The notes: generated from the sequence alone by a model not told the origin. DNA of 37,383 nt from Candidatus Levybacteria bacterium RIFCSPLOWO2_01_FULL_39_10 (GCA_001782515.1 MFOV01000012.1:5832-43214), one strand, 5' to 3'; counted from the first letter of the stretch, positions 1 to 13,979 are shown. Made by a program: numbers and translations.

Positions 1-141
1 CGGGTCTGCTGCATACTTCTCCTGGAGTAGTTGATAGTAAATCCCGACCTCGTTTTGCAGCCTGCTCAATGCTCCACTGAAGAACTCAACCTTCGTCATT
101 CTTGTCGTTTCGAACCTTGCCCCTCTAGGTGACTGTTTCAT
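1..141 (-). CDS. Hypothetical protein, 5' part only (MKQSPRGARFETTRMTKVEFFSG...), runs off the window; probable cargo of the element in comM
   Basis: Translated by hand: ATG at 141, GGAGG RBS upstream, open to position 1, overlaps the end of the upstream ORF. Confidence 0.6.
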   Translation of the reverse strand, partial: MKQSPRGARFETTRMTKVEFFSGALSRLQNEVGIYYQLLQEKYAADP

Positions 142-682
142 TATGTTTCTCCTCCCTGGATTGCCGTATTGTATCTTGATTCTCACTCAGCAAAAACACC
201 TGAAAGTAAATTGTACCTCCTTCTGTTGTGAGATTTCTTGCTTTGAGCTTACCTTCTCGTACCATCTTTCTTACTGTTGAAGAATGAATTTTCAACTTAT
301 CCTGAATTTGCCAGCTCGCGTACCAACTATCCCGATCACGACAGATGTTCCGAGGTACTACACCATTCTCAATATTTCGCTGACAATCAAGACACTTCTG
401 ACCATCCAGATCCCACCAACCATCTTTGCCTGAAATCATCTTGTGACAGATTATGCAGTTGTAGGTACTTCCGTCTTCTTCAAGGTGAAATCCTTTTGGC
501 TCGTCCTTGAGTCTTTGTTTACGAAGTCTTTCTCTATGTTCGCACTTCAGTAAAACCTCAAAAAGGTTCAGAAGTCTCTGTGCCGAGTCAAGAGCTTCGA
601 CATCTGATTTGAATTCCTTACCATACTGCTCTTTGTAAATTTTTTTGAATTCTTCGAGTGCTTTTGGTGTTACTGTAGCCAT
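125..682 (-). CDS. Hypothetical Zn-finger (CxxC..CxxC) plus C-terminal HTH protein, excisionase/MerR-like; probable mobile element gene
   Basis: Likely start MATVTPK at 682, 4 nt after the truncated comM stop; CIIC and CLDC pairs; HTH-like segment SWQIQDKLKIHSSTVRKMVREGKLKA. Confidence 0.65.
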   Translation of the reverse strand: MATVTPKALEEFKKIYKEQYGKEFKSDVEALDSAQRLLNLFEVLLKCEHRERLRKQRLKDEPKGFHLEEDGSTYNCIICHKMISGKDGWWDLDGQKCLDCQRNIENGVVPRNICRDRDSWYASWQIQDKLKIHSSTVRKMVREGKLKARNLTTEGGTIYFQVFLLSENQDTIRQSREEKHNETVT

Positions 683-686
683 AAAA

Positions 687-1754
687 CTATGACAACCCTT
701 GTGGGCAGGGGTTTTGTGCGGCAATTAGTAAAAATTTTGCAGGAAAAGTAATCCTACCCGATGCACGGGATATTGTAACAAATCCGTCTTCCATGGGTTG
801 TCGTAATGCCTCCAAAACATGACGGGGAAACTCTGCAAACTCGTCCAAAAATAATACACCACGGTGCGCAAGAGATATTTCGCCGGGCTTTGGAATATTT
901 CCTCCACCAATCAGCCCAATATGTGAAGTTGTGTGATGTGGAGAGCGAAAAGGCCGCTTTATGAAAAGCTCTTCTTTGTCCAAAAGTCCTGAGATGCTAT
1001 AGATTTTCGTTATTTCAATTGCTTCATCAAAGGTGGGCTTAGGAAGAATTGACGGAAGAGTGCGTGCCAAAAGCGTTTTTCCGGCACCGGGCGGGCCTTT
1101 AAACAAAACATTATGTCCTCCGGCAGCCGAGATTTCAAGTGCTCTTTTCGCCTGTTCCTGGCCTTTTATATCTTTCATATCAAATTCAAAATCTTCATGA
1201 GAAATCGCATCCATCGATGTTGATTTTTGTTTTTTAATAAGTGATGCGCCAGCTAGATGATTCAAAAGTTCGTGCAAAGAAGAAACAGGCAGAATATCAA
1301 TTCCTTTAATGATTGCAGCTTCTTTTGCATTTTGGTGAGGAAGGAAAAAAGACGTCAATTTTTTTTCTTTTGCTAAGATTGCTTGAGACAAAGCGCCTGA
1401 TGTACGGCGAAGTTTTCCCTCCAACGAGAGTTCTCCCATGAATAAAAAAAATCCAATTTTTGCTCTAACCTGTTCGGAAGCCAAAAGTATTCCAAGAGCA
1501 ATAGGAAGATCATATAAAGCGCCTTCTTTTGGAAGATCAGCAGGCGCAAGGTTTACAGTTATTCGCTTTGCCGGGAATTCTGCTCCGGTATTTTTAAGAG
1601 CAGATCTCACTCTTTCTTTTGCTTCCTCGACTGCTTTATCAGGAAGCCCAACTATTGTAAAACTAGGTAAACCTTGAGATGCGATATCTACTTCTACTTC
1701 CACAGGAATTGCATTTAGTCCAACAATTGCAGATGAATTAACCTTCGCAAGCAT
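687..1754 (-). pseudogene. comM: ComM/YifB Mg-chelatase-like AAA+ ATPase, 3'-truncated (355 aa versus about 500 aa)
   Basis: [19 protein letters not shown], Walker [32 protein letters not shown]; ends [11 protein letters not shown] instead of NPCPCG plus the C-terminal part. Confidence 0.9.
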
Positions 1755-1809
1755 ACTATTATAATAACATTTTAGAAAATGATTGCTGTTGTAGTATAAT
1801 TTTACCCTT

Positions 1810-3006
1810 ATGAGTGTTGAAAGAAGATCAGTGCAAGTGTTTAATGTGGAAACCAGAATACAAAATGATTCAATAGCATTATATGTTATTAATAGAAGCG
1901 GGGGTGAATCAATAGATGAATTGCCCTTTGAAGTTGGAAAGGAATTAACTGCAGTAGATTCCGTACAAGCAAATCTCTCTACAAAAATAAAACTGCTTGC
2001 TTATCGATTCTGGTATCAAGATGGAAAGTTTAGTCTTATAAAAGAATATCTTGGAGAAACTGAAGGACCAAAGTTAGATGATTTGACAGATAGTGTAATG
2101 ATGGACGAGGCTGATTTAGCCGAATTATACAGGAAAATTGATTATTTAGTAGAAATTGCTGATGAGTTAATGCCTGTCGGAAAAAGGAATATTTTCAGAT
2201 ATAAATCAATTTTTGAGCAGGTGAGAAGAGCAGTTGGGGCTGGATTTACTCCAGAAGAGATAATGTCTGAAAAAGATAGGATTTTGAAAAATAGCATAAA
2301 TCAGGCAGAGCAATTTCGAGTAAAAGAGCGCATAGGAATAATGAGAAGAGCAGGAGTCAGCGATAGAGGAATCTCAGAAAAACTCGGCATAAATCTTGTT
2401 GAGGTTAGGAAAGCAACGTTCGAGCTAATAAGCATGAGAGAAATATCTCCTGGTATTAGAACAAGAGGGAAAAATTTAGAATTCGAAGCTTTTTGTGATC
2501 AAGTTAAGTCTCTTCGTTCACATTCGTATACTAACGTCGAAATTGCTGATGAACTAAGCTGCTCAGTAAGGAAAGTGAACAGAGCTATTAGAAGGCTTAT
2601 TATGAGAAATGAAGTTGAACCAAGATTCAGAAGCAGGAGACAGATTAGAAGAAAAAGAGAAGCAATAAGAATTCAAAACCAAATTGCAGAACTTTGGAAT
2701 AATACAGATTTAACTGGGCAGCAAATTGCAGCAATGCTTGGAATCTCAATGGACTCATTACGCTATAATTTATGGGTTCTACATGGAACAGGAAAAGCTG
2801 TTAAAAAAACAGAAGTCTATCTTACGGAGAAAAAAAAGGAAAAATTACGACAAGTTTTAAATCAAATAACTCTTAATCCGCAGGATAAACCTTTAAGTAT
2901 ATGGAAAATTAATGAAATATATTTTCCAAACACAGACCTCAGAACACTCAGAAGGTTATGTGAGGAAATTTCTGAAGAGCAAGAGCCCCACCTGTTAGAA
3001 AAATAA
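1810..3006 (+). CDS. Hypothetical protein with 3-4 tandem helix-turn-helix repeats
   Basis: 398-aa ORF; repeats [54 protein letters not shown]; TATAAT just upstream. Confidence 0.7.
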   Translation: MSVERRSVQVFNVETRIQNDSIALYVINRSGGESIDELPFEVGKELTAVDSVQANLSTKIKLLAYRFWYQDGKFSLIKEYLGETEGPKLDDLTDSVMMDEADLAELYRKIDYLVEIADELMPVGKRNIFRYKSIFEQVRRAVGAGFTPEEIMSEKDRILKNSINQAEQFRVKERIGIMRRAGVSDRGISEKLGINLVEVRKATFELISMREISPGIRTRGKNLEFEAFCDQVKSLRSHSYTNVEIADELSCSVRKVNRAIRRLIMRNEVEPRFRSRRQIRRKREAIRIQNQIAELWNNTDLTGQQIAAMLGISMDSLRYNLWVLHGTGKAVKKTEVYLTEKKKEKLRQVLNQITLNPQDKPLSIWKINEIYFPNTDLRTLRRLCEEISEEQEPHLLEK

Positions 3007-3052
3007 CAAGGAGGAAATCAGCTGATTCTTTCTAGTTCTTCTTCTGTTAGTC

Positions 3053-5693
<2,641 letters not shown>

Positions 5694-5716
5694 TCAAGTG
5701 GTACAATGTTTCCACA

Positions 5717-7468
5717 ATGGATCAAGTATCACAAGTCAGAGAAAAAATAGACATTGTTGGGCTCATTTCCTCATATATCCCGCTTAAAAAATCCGGGAGA
5801 AATTTTACAACAAATTGTCCGTTTCACAATGAAAAAACCCCGTCATTTGTAGTATCGCCAGAGCGGCAGATCTGGCATTGTTTTGGATGTGGCAGGGGAG
5901 GAGACGCTTATTCATTTTTAATGGAGTATGAAAATATAGAATTTATTGAAGCACTCCGTACTCTTGCAAAAAAAGCAGGAGTAAATCTTAAATTTACTAG
6001 TGATGCATTTTCATCATCAAAAAAAGAAAAAATATTTGAAGTAAACAAAATAGCATCTTTGTTTTATAATTTTATTCTTTTAAAGCATCAATCAGGAAAG
6101 CAAGCACTTGAATATTTAATTAAAAAAAGGGGACTAACCAGCAGACTCATTAACACTTTTGGTATTGGATTTTCACCAACCGGAAGACGAGATTTATCAA
6201 ATTATCTTATCAACAAAAAGAATTTTTCAAAAAAGGATCTAGTTGATGCAGGATTATCTTACGAAAAGGATGGCGAGATTTTTGATTTTTTCAAGAGAAG
6301 AATTATGTTTCCATTAATTGATCACAGGGGAAATATAATAGGATTTTCCGGAAGAAAAATAACAGATGACTCTTTTGGGCCAAAATATATCAACACAAAA
6401 GAAACTGAGGCGTATCATAAGGGGAGCACTTTTTTTGGGCTTAATATTGCAAAAGATGAAATAAAAAAACAAGGAGCAACACTTGTTGTTGAGGGGGAGT
6501 TTGATGTAATTTCAGCATTCTCGCAAGGAATAAAAAATACTGTTGCTCTAAAGGGAACCGCATTTACCGAAGCACAAGCCCTTCTTCTATCCAGATTTTC
6601 GCCAAAAATATTACTTTGTTTTGACCAGGACGAAGCGGGATTCACAGCACTTAAAAAAAGCATTCCGATTATTGAAAAAAGAGGACTATCAATATCTGTT
6701 GTAATTCTTGACGGAAAAGATCCTGATGAGGTGATTAAAAAAGATCCTGTTGTTTTTAAAAAGGCAATTAAAAACGATATAGAAGTTTACGATTTTTTAT
6801 TGGATAAACTTATAAAAGAAAATGATACCCAAGAAGCATCTGGTAAGAGAAAAATAACGGATGATATTCTGCCACTTATTTCAGGAATTCAAAATGAGAT
6901 TGTAAAAGAGCATTATCTAAAAAAACTGAGTAAAAGTATAGATACATCATATGAATCACTACTGCGACAATTGAATAAAAAAGAAGATGAGAAAAAGGAA
7001 AAAGTTTTCAAAAAAATCCAGGTCAGAGACAGAAGAGAAATTCTTGAGGAGTATCTTCTGGCTTTAATTCTTCAAAGCGAAAACCCCAGAGATTCATTTA
7101 CAAAATCAAAAGATATTTTATCCTCTTATGAATTCAGAATTTTAAGCGTTGGAAAAATATTTGCCGAAATATCAAACTTTTCAAAAGAAGGAAATAGATT
7201 TAATCTCAAGTCAATGTCCGCTATTTTGTTAAAAGAACTTCTTCCATCCTTTGATAAATGTTTTTTAGTTCCTCTTCCAAAATTTGAGAATTATACAAAA
7301 TATGAGGAGGAAATAATTAGAGTTTCAAAAGAACTTAGAATTTTTTTGCTTAAAGAAAAAGTTAAAAAAATAAGTACAGAACTCAAAGGCAAAAATACAG
7401 ATATTTTGGAAATTGAGAAAATAAGAGAGGAAATAACAAATATAACAATGCAACTCTCATCGCAATAA
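5717..7468 (+). CDS. dnaG: DNA primase
   Basis: CHC2 zinc finger CPFHNEKTPSF..HCFGC, PKYINT, TOPRIM VEGEFDV and FDQDEAG, KDPD; upstream of rpoD. Confidence 0.97.
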   Translation: MDQVSQVREKIDIVGLISSYIPLKKSGRNFTTNCPFHNEKTPSFVVSPERQIWHCFGCGRGGDAYSFLMEYENIEFIEALRTLAKKAGVNLKFTSDAFSSSKKEKIFEVNKIASLFYNFILLKHQSGKQALEYLIKKRGLTSRLINTFGIGFSPTGRRDLSNYLINKKNFSKKDLVDAGLSYEKDGEIFDFFKRRIMFPLIDHRGNIIGFSGRKITDDSFGPKYINTKETEAYHKGSTFFGLNIAKDEIKKQGATLVVEGEFDVISAFSQGIKNTVALKGTAFTEAQALLLSRFSPKILLCFDQDEAGFTALKKSIPIIEKRGLSISVVILDGKDPDEVIKKDPVVFKKAIKNDIEVYDFLLDKLIKENDTQEASGKRKITDDILPLISGIQNEIVKEHYLKKLSKSIDTSYESLLRQLNKKEDEKKEKVFKKIQVRDRREILEEYLLALILQSENPRDSFTKSKDILSSYEFRILSVGKIFAEISNFSKEGNRFNLKSMSAILLKELLPSFDKCFLVPLPKFENYTKYEEEIIRVSKELRIFLLKEKVKKISTELKGKNTDILEIEKIREEITNITMQLSSQ

Positions 7469-7508
7469 GGTTTAAAGATTAATTCTTTTTGTGATAAAAT
7501 ATAAGATT

Positions 7509-8591
7509 ATGGCAAGCGACCCCAATAAAATCTTAAGTGAAATAGTGGATACGGCGAAAAAAAGAGGTTTTATAACACAGGATGAGATACTCTCAATTTT
7601 TCCCAAACCCGAGCAACATATAGAAGAACTAGATGAGCTTTACGAAAAACTTCTAAAAGCAAATATTGATGTTTTTGAATCTGTTGCTGGGGATCAGGAC
7701 ACGGAAAAGCCAATTGAAGAACTTGAAAAAGAACTCGAAGCCTTAACAGTTCTTACTGAAGGAACAGTTTCGGATCCTGTTAGAATGTATCTTAAAGAAA
7801 TTGGAAGAATCCCACTTCTTAATTTTGAACAGGAAATTCTTCTTGCTAAAAGGGTAGAGAAAGGAGATAAGGAAGCAAAAAGAATCTTAGTTAATTCAAA
7901 TCTTCGTCTTGTTGTGTCAATTGCCAAAAAATATGTAGGCCGCGGACTCACACTTCTTGATTTAATTCAAGAAGGAAATCAAGGGCTAATTCGTGCAGTT
8001 GAGAAATATGATTGGAGGCGGGGATTTAAATTTTCAACGTATGCAACCTGGTGGATTAGGCAGTCAATCACCCGCGCAATTGCTGATCAGGCCAGAACTA
8101 TTCGCATCCCTGTTCACATGGTTGAAAATATAAATAGATTTTTAAGAGCCTCAAGAAAACTTATGCAGGAGTTAGGTAGGGAGCCAACGCCGGATGAAGT
8201 GGCAAAAGTTCTGGGTATTGATCCTGAGAAAGCGCTTGAGATAATAAAAATTTCCCAAGAACCTGCAAGTTTGGAGTCTCCTGTATCTGATGAGGAAGAC
8301 TCACGTCTTGGAGATTTTATTCATGACGCGGCAGCGCCCACCCTTTTTGATAGTGCATCAAGAGAACTTCTTAAAGAGCAGGTTGATGATGTTTTGTCAA
8401 CCCTTTCAGATCGCGAAAGAAGAGTTTTGGAAGAACGATTTGGTCTTAAAGACGGAAGGCCAAAAACGCTTGAGGAGGTAGGGAAGATGTTTGCGGTAAC
8501 AAGAGAACGAATAAGACAAATTGAAGCAAAGTCTCTTCGTAAACTTCGTCATCCGTCCCGCGGAAACAAATTAAAAGACTACCTCGGATAG
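7509..8591 (+). CDS. rpoD: Primary RNA polymerase sigma factor (sigma70/SigA type)
   Basis: [52 protein letters not shown]; ATG at 7509. Confidence 0.97.
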   Translation: MASDPNKILSEIVDTAKKRGFITQDEILSIFPKPEQHIEELDELYEKLLKANIDVFESVAGDQDTEKPIEELEKELEALTVLTEGTVSDPVRMYLKEIGRIPLLNFEQEILLAKRVEKGDKEAKRILVNSNLRLVVSIAKKYVGRGLTLLDLIQEGNQGLIRAVEKYDWRRGFKFSTYATWWIRQSITRAIADQARTIRIPVHMVENINRFLRASRKLMQELGREPTPDEVAKVLGIDPEKALEIIKISQEPASLESPVSDEEDSRLGDFIHDAAAPTLFDSASRELLKEQVDDVLSTLSDRERRVLEERFGLKDGRPKTLEEVGKMFAVTRERIRQIEAKSLRKLRHPSRGNKLKDYLG

Positions 8592-8838
8592 GAAATAGGG
8601 GAGTTTGTGTTTGATAGTTATCAAAAATTCAATTCGTTTCTCCAAACGATAAGATAATTTCACAGGACTTTTCACAAGCATATTATCGCGTCGCAGAATG
8701 ATAATTGGATAGAGAAGATGTTAAAGTTTTAGGATAGTAAATATCATTATTTTTTAATTTTTTAAAAAATAACTGGTTAAATTTTCTGTTTACTTTCCCG
8801 CACTACCATTAGATGGTAGTATTATGGCTACGGAAAGA

Positions 8839-9441
8839 TTAGTAATTTACAATGTCGTTAACTATAAAATTAATGATTCTTGGTTTTTTGCCAGACCTAT
8901 CGTATTGAGATTTGCTTGCTATAGTAGCTACTTTTCCTTTCCCCTGTCTTCTAGTTATTACTGTTCCGCGATTTCTATGCCTAGTCCAAATAAAGCCATT
9001 TCTTCCGCCCGCAGTGACAAACCAATTCCACATACCCTCCTCTTGTTCGTTTGGTGCCACTATAAATTTAACTGGTGTACCTGGGCTTATCTCTGTTCTA
9101 TCTGCACTCCCAGCACCATATCCATAGCTGGATCCATGTAGTATTATTGGTTTGTCAAAAACATGCACTGGATTATCTTGATTTTCTCTAACATCAGGAT
9201 TTATTCGTGTACTATTAAAAGGGATTATTAATTTTTCTTTATCCTTTTTGCTTATTGAAGATTCTGGCGACTGATCTATTTGCGGAGGGGTAAAGGCTGC
9301 TAAAAAGTCTTCTTCAATTTGCCCATCAGTAAGTGTATCTGGAGATAGCATTTGAGAATGTGATCCTCTGTGTTCGATTGGAATTGACGAAATTCTTCCA
9401 CCTGGCTTATCGACACCTTTTTCTAATGATGCTTCTGACAT
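8839..9441 (-). CDS. Hypothetical protein (200 aa)
   Basis: Likely start MSEASL at 9441 with a G-rich RBS; overlaps the end of the upstream gene; no confident family. Confidence 0.6.
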   Translation of the reverse strand: MSEASLEKGVDKPGGRISSIPIEHRGSHSQMLSPDTLTDGQIEEDFLAAFTPPQIDQSPESSISKKDKEKLIIPFNSTRINPDVRENQDNPVHVFDKPIILHGSSYGYGAGSADRTEISPGTPVKFIVAPNEQEEGMWNWFVTAGGRNGFIWTRHRNRGTVITRRQGKGKVATIASKSQYDRSGKKPRIINFIVNDIVNY

Positions 9442-11759
9442 ATTATTCCCCCCTTTTTCTTTTTTGTAGTATACCATTTTGCAGAAATTATTCCGATTCC
9501 TACAATTGAAATAAGAGCAATCACTATTCCCCATTTAAAACTTTCGGGATAATAATACATTTCAACCCTATTTTTTCCTTCTAGCACTACAACCCCTCGA
9601 AAAGTATAGTTTGTCCGCAAGACTTCTGTGTCTTTTCCATTCATTTTTGCGTGCCAGCCCGGATAAAAATTATCGGATATAACAAGAATCGCTTCCCTAT
9701 CCGAGTCAGTGTCAATTATTAGTTTATTGGGAGTATATTTTATAATTTCTGCGCTTCCTGATATTTTGCTGCTTTTATCTACATTTATTTCTTTTTCCAA
9801 AACTGCACTTTTTCGTAAATCAAAACCCTGACTTAAAATTTTATTTATTATCTTTTGATCATTTTTTATTACCTCATAATTTCCTACTAAGAAAGCTTTT
9901 GGAAACACTTCCTTATTCTCATAAATAAAAAAATCTTTTTCTCTATAAATTAAATTAAATTTATTATCTTCAAATTTACTAAACGGAAAATCCCAGACTT
10001 CACCCTTGTCCAGTCTTTTTTGAAGAATGTATCTTATTCCTAAAAAGTCAATAATTTTTTGAAAATATTTATCATTTGTTGAGATTTTTATTCCTGATCT
10101 TGGACCTTGTTTAATTTTCCCGTCTCCAAGAGAAGTTATAAACTCCCCGTATCTATTTATATATAAGGGGTCATAACCTTCGGTTATCGGAATTTTAAAA
10201 TAGACTGATCCCTCAGCGCCAAATGGCCCATAAATCCTGTCAATACTTCCCAAATTTGTTAATTTTTGAATAATTGGAGTCCTAGGAAATATGAGATCCG
10301 CAGGATCAAATGCCTGCCATTTTGATGCAAATCTTAACATATCAAATGCAACTAAAATTATTATTAAAATTAAGAATATTTTTATCAGTTTTTGTTTTAT
10401 TAAAACCGTAGCTATCCCAACAATAAATACAATAAACATAATTGTTGGAAGAATAAAATTTTTTAAAGAAATAAGATAACCATCCCCTACTTGTTTGGTA
10501 ACAACTAAAATCCAAAGACTTAGGAAAATTAAAAGGAAAAACACAAAAAAGTAAATTATTTTTTTCTTATTCTTTTCTTTTATATCCAAAACTAGCTGAT
10601 CAAGTCCAAAAGCGGCAAGTACTGTTATTGAAAAACTGAAAAGAACAAGAAGTCTTCCAACAGCAGAGGTTGATAAGACAGGGATTTTTAAATTTATCAA
10701 TAAATCTAGAATTGGTGTATTAAGGGAAAAAATTAGAGAAACAATTCCTAAGATCAGAAAAAATATTATTTTTTTTGATTTTGCTGAGAGCGAATATAAC
10801 GCGAGAAGAAAAGGAATTGTTCCTGAAAACATAGCCCATTCTATGTAGTTTCCGAAAAAATTATTTCGAGTCACAGGATTTCCGTAGAAATCAGGAGAAA
10901 AAATAGTTGGCAGGAAACGAAAAGACAAAGGTTCAACTTTTTGAAAAATGGTTGATCTTACTGCTTCTTTGTAAAACTCAATTGAAGGAAGAATTTGAGG
11001 AAAAGAAATAAAAAGTCCAAGAATTGCGAATATTAAAGTTTTTAAAAATTGCGGTTTATCTTTTTCTTCATAGAACTTAAACAGCAGATATAAAAAAACG
11101 GTGATTAAGAAATACAAAGAAACTTGAAAGTGTCCGCTGAAAAGAGACAGGGCAATAGAAATTGCAAGAATAATAAGGAATCTCATTTTATTTCGAGAGT
11201 AAAATTTCTCAATTGAGAAGAGAGCAAGCGGAAGAAATGATATTGCTAAAGAGAGCGTTGCGTAACTCATCCAAACTGTGATAAATCCGCAGAACATAAA
11301 CGAAAGACTTGAGATAATTGCAGCAAATATACTTAGTTTTAAGCTTCTTATATAAAAATACATAAATATTCCGGAAAGTAAGGGCTGAATAAGAACACCC
11401 AAACTCCAAGCGTAGTTAAAATTGAATATAAAGTAGAAAATGTTTGTTATCGAGAAAACTCCGGACTGATAATTGGCAAGATGTGGAGTTCCTGAAAAGC
11501 TGTAAGGATTCCAGAGGGGAATACTTCCTTCCTTCCATGCATCAATTGTCAATTTTTTCCACGGCATGATCTGGTCAATCACATCTGGAGTTGAAGGATT
11601 TTTAACAGGTCCCCAGAAGTTTTGATATGAAGACCAAAGCGAATAATTGTTAACCAGAAGTGTTGAGGGGAAAGGAATTTTGTTGTCAAGGAAAAAAGGT
11701 TTTGAAAATATAAGCCATATAATAATTATAAAAACTAGAGGTAGGATTTTTTTTACCAC
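9423..11759 (-). CDS. YfhO-family polytopic membrane protein (GT-C-like glycosyltransferase)
   Basis: PLWNPYSFSGTP motif, many TM helices, C-terminal FYPGWHA...YYP domain. Confidence 0.85.
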   Translation of the reverse strand: MVKKILPLVFIIIIWLIFSKPFFLDNKIPFPSTLLVNNYSLWSSYQNFWGPVKNPSTPDVIDQIMPWKKLTIDAWKEGSIPLWNPYSFSGTPHLANYQSGVFSITNIFYFIFNFNYAWSLGVLIQPLLSGIFMYFYIRSLKLSIFAAIISSLSFMFCGFITVWMSYATLSLAISFLPLALFSIEKFYSRNKMRFLIILAISIALSLFSGHFQVSLYFLITVFLYLLFKFYEEKDKPQFLKTLIFAILGLFISFPQILPSIEFYKEAVRSTIFQKVEPLSFRFLPTIFSPDFYGNPVTRNNFFGNYIEWAMFSGTIPFLLALYSLSAKSKKIIFFLILGIVSLIFSLNTPILDLLINLKIPVLSTSAVGRLLVLFSFSITVLAAFGLDQLVLDIKEKNKKKIIYFFVFFLLIFLSLWILVVTKQVGDGYLISLKNFILPTIMFIVFIVGIATVLIKQKLIKIFLILIIILVAFDMLRFASKWQAFDPADLIFPRTPIIQKLTNLGSIDRIYGPFGAEGSVYFKIPITEGYDPLYINRYGEFITSLGDGKIKQGPRSGIKISTNDKYFQKIIDFLGIRYILQKRLDKGEVWDFPFSKFEDNKFNLIYREKDFFIYENKEVFPKAFLVGNYEVIKNDQKIINKILSQGFDLRKSAVLEKEINVDKSSKISGSAEIIKYTPNKLIIDTDSDREAILVISDNFYPGWHAKMNGKDTEVLRTNYTFRGVVVLEGKNRVEMYYYPESFKWGIVIALISIVGIGIISAKWYTTKKKKGGIICQKHH

Positions 11760-13435
11760 TCCAACCTCCTTACTTTTGTTTTTGATAAGAGATAAAGTAA
11801 AAAAGGAACAACAATAATAAATAATAAACTTAATAAAGATATTAAATTTGAGCAGTATCTAAGCTTTGTTTCTTCAAATTTTAAAATTATATTATGCATT
11901 CCCTGATCCAAATAAAATGTAATAATACCCCTGTTTTCAGGATCTTGAAACTCAACGCTCTCAATTAGTTTTCCGTTGTCATAAACTTTCCAACCAGGAA
12001 AATAGAGAGTGTTTTCTCTAATTCTAATTTTTGATTTAGCATCAATAACATATTCATGGTATGTCGATTTTCGTGGCAGCTCAACCATTTCCCCTTCCCC
12101 TTCAATTATTTCAATATTGGAATATGCATGCGATTCCATAAATCTAACCGACCAAATCGGAGAACTTTCTCCAGTGTCTGTTGTGCTTTCAATTATCCCT
12201 TCAAGATAAAAGTCTTTAATTTGTCTGTATTCTTTCGCTTGCCAGAAACCAATTGTTTGAACAATTGCGAGAATGATTAAAACTGATGTTAAAACTTCTT
12301 TTCTTTTTATATTCAAACTATAAATAAAGAGAGCCCCTATTAAAGATGTAGTGAAAACAGCAATTGATAAGAATCTCCACGGAAATTGAAGTTTCTGAAG
12401 AGTGGATACGTTTTCCCAGATAAAATTAGATGAATGAAGCATTAAAAATACGGAAATTAATAAGTAGATCAAAGTCCCGATATATAGGTATTTTAGCTTG
12501 TCTTTTTTTCTGAATAACTTAAAAAATAATACAACTGATGATATTAAAATAATGATTTGAATAATTCCAATCTGAACACTAAACTGTCCTGTTCCCCCAA
12601 AACTCCAAACTCCATAAAATAGGTCAGCTAAATCAACAAACCTGTCTTTATAAACACCCTCAGTTACAATATCTCTTAAAGTGTATTTCCCTTCGAAAAA
12701 TGCCGGAAACCAGAAAAAGAACGAAAACAGGAATCCAAAAAAAAGTGATGATAAAGTTAAAACAAATTTCAATTTTGATTTATGATCGAAAAACAGATAA
12801 AGAACGTAGAATAAGATAAAAGGAATAAACAGAAGACTGATTGCATTATGAGAAAGAATAAGACCGGCAAAAGATATTGATGAAAACAAGAATGTGAAAT
12901 AATATTTTCTCAGCCTTTCGTTTTTCGACAAATTATTGATCAAATAAATTGATAGTAGAGCCAAAGGAAGAAAAAGAAATGCCACATGCTCTCCAAGCGC
13001 TCCTCTTACATATAAATCAATAAATCTGTATGGTGCATATAAAAAAAGAACACTGCCAAAAACTGCTGAAACATTTCCCAAAAACCTTGAGAGCCACAAA
13101 TACATAAAAATTCCGCTTAGAATATAGGTTGATGTCAGAGTCAGTTTAAAGCTGTCTGCATAGGATGCGCCCAGAAAATGAAAGACTGATGATATGTATG
13201 AAGGCAGAGGATATAAAAACATAAGAATCGGATGACCGAATCCGAAGTTTAAGTTTCCGGCCCATCTTGGAATAAATATCCCTTCCTTAAGATTAGTGTA
13301 AAAACTGGCAATCCTTACAACATGATCAAGCGAATCGTGAGCGACAGGAAGCCCGGGTGTTAAAAGATTGATAAGGGGAATAAGAGATAGTAAAAATACG
13401 ATTATTAATCCTAAATTATTTTTTATATGAATCAT
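11753..13435 (-). CDS. YfhO/PTPS-related membrane protein (GT-C-like)
   Basis: HD..H, PRWAGNLNFGFGHP, RGALGE, LQFPWRFL, YFPGW motifs; multiple TM helices. Confidence 0.8.
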   Translation of the reverse strand: MIHIKNNLGLIIVFLLSLIPLINLLTPGLPVAHDSLDHVVRIASFYTNLKEGIFIPRWAGNLNFGFGHPILMFLYPLPSYISSVFHFLGASYADSFKLTLTSTYILSGIFMYLWLSRFLGNVSAVFGSVLFLYAPYRFIDLYVRGALGEHVAFLFLPLALLSIYLINNLSKNERLRKYYFTFLFSSISFAGLILSHNAISLLFIPFILFYVLYLFFDHKSKLKFVLTLSSLFFGFLFSFFFWFPAFFEGKYTLRDIVTEGVYKDRFVDLADLFYGVWSFGGTGQFSVQIGIIQIIILISSVVLFFKLFRKKDKLKYLYIGTLIYLLISVFLMLHSSNFIWENVSTLQKLQFPWRFLSIAVFTTSLIGALFIYSLNIKRKEVLTSVLIILAIVQTIGFWQAKEYRQIKDFYLEGIIESTTDTGESSPIWSVRFMESHAYSNIEIIEGEGEMVELPRKSTYHEYVIDAKSKIRIRENTLYFPGWKVYDNGKLIESVEFQDPENRGIITFYLDQGMHNIILKFEETKLRYCSNLISLLSLLFIIVVPFLLYLLSKTKVRRLEW

Positions 13436-13555
13436 TAAGTATTTAATGAAATTGATAATTCAATAGATCTTTTTTGGAAGTATCTATAATAAATTCCATT
13501 TGTAGGATTTATATCATATTTAATATTTAATTAAAATAAAATAAAAAGGAGCAAG

Positions 13556-13975
13556 TCAGGAATTTAAATACTTTTTATACAAAAACATAAGAATTGTAAT
13601 AATCACAAATGCGGAAAGTGATAAGAATGGAATTGTTATAAATCCAAACCACTCAATGAATTTAGTTGTGCATGAAATTCCTTGCACACAGGGAGCTTCG
13701 GATTCAGGAATTATATTATAGTACAAAAGATTGTGATATACGGCAATCAAAAGCCCGGCTATGCTTAAAGGAAGAACAAAAAGTGGAGTATTTTTGTCTT
13801 TTCTTAAGATCCCGACGGCAAGGATAACAACAATAGGATACATTGCAACCCTTTGATACCAGCAAAGTGTGCAGGGTGGAAACTTTAAAACCTCGCTAAA
13901 AATAAGACTTCCAACTGTTGCCGTTGTCGCAATAAGAAGTGATATTTGCGTTGAGTTTTTCTTGATAAGCTCCAT
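13556..13975 (-). CDS. Disulfide bond formation protein, DsbB/BdbC family
   Basis: PCTLCWYQR, second pair PCVQGISC, FGFITIPFLS; 139 aa from MELIKK. Confidence 0.9.
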   Translation of the reverse strand: MELIKKNSTQISLLIATTATVGSLIFSEVLKFPPCTLCWYQRVAMYPIVVILAVGILRKDKNTPLFVLPLSIAGLLIAVYHNLLYYNIIPESEAPCVQGISCTTKFIEWFGFITIPFLSLSAFVIITILMFLYKKYLNS

Positions 13976-13979
13976 AAAG

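Larger units (their letters stand above)
1..701. mobile_element. End of a putative integrative element inserted in comM; junction at about 701/702
   Basis: ComM homology stops after NPCP; short inverted repeat AACCC...GGGTT spans the junction; non-core genes follow. No recombinase in the window. Confidence 0.6.

Noticed and set aside
8592-8838. Small ORF or ncRNA between rpoD and the convergent gene
   Set aside because: Only short ORFs without recognisable features and no convincing structure.
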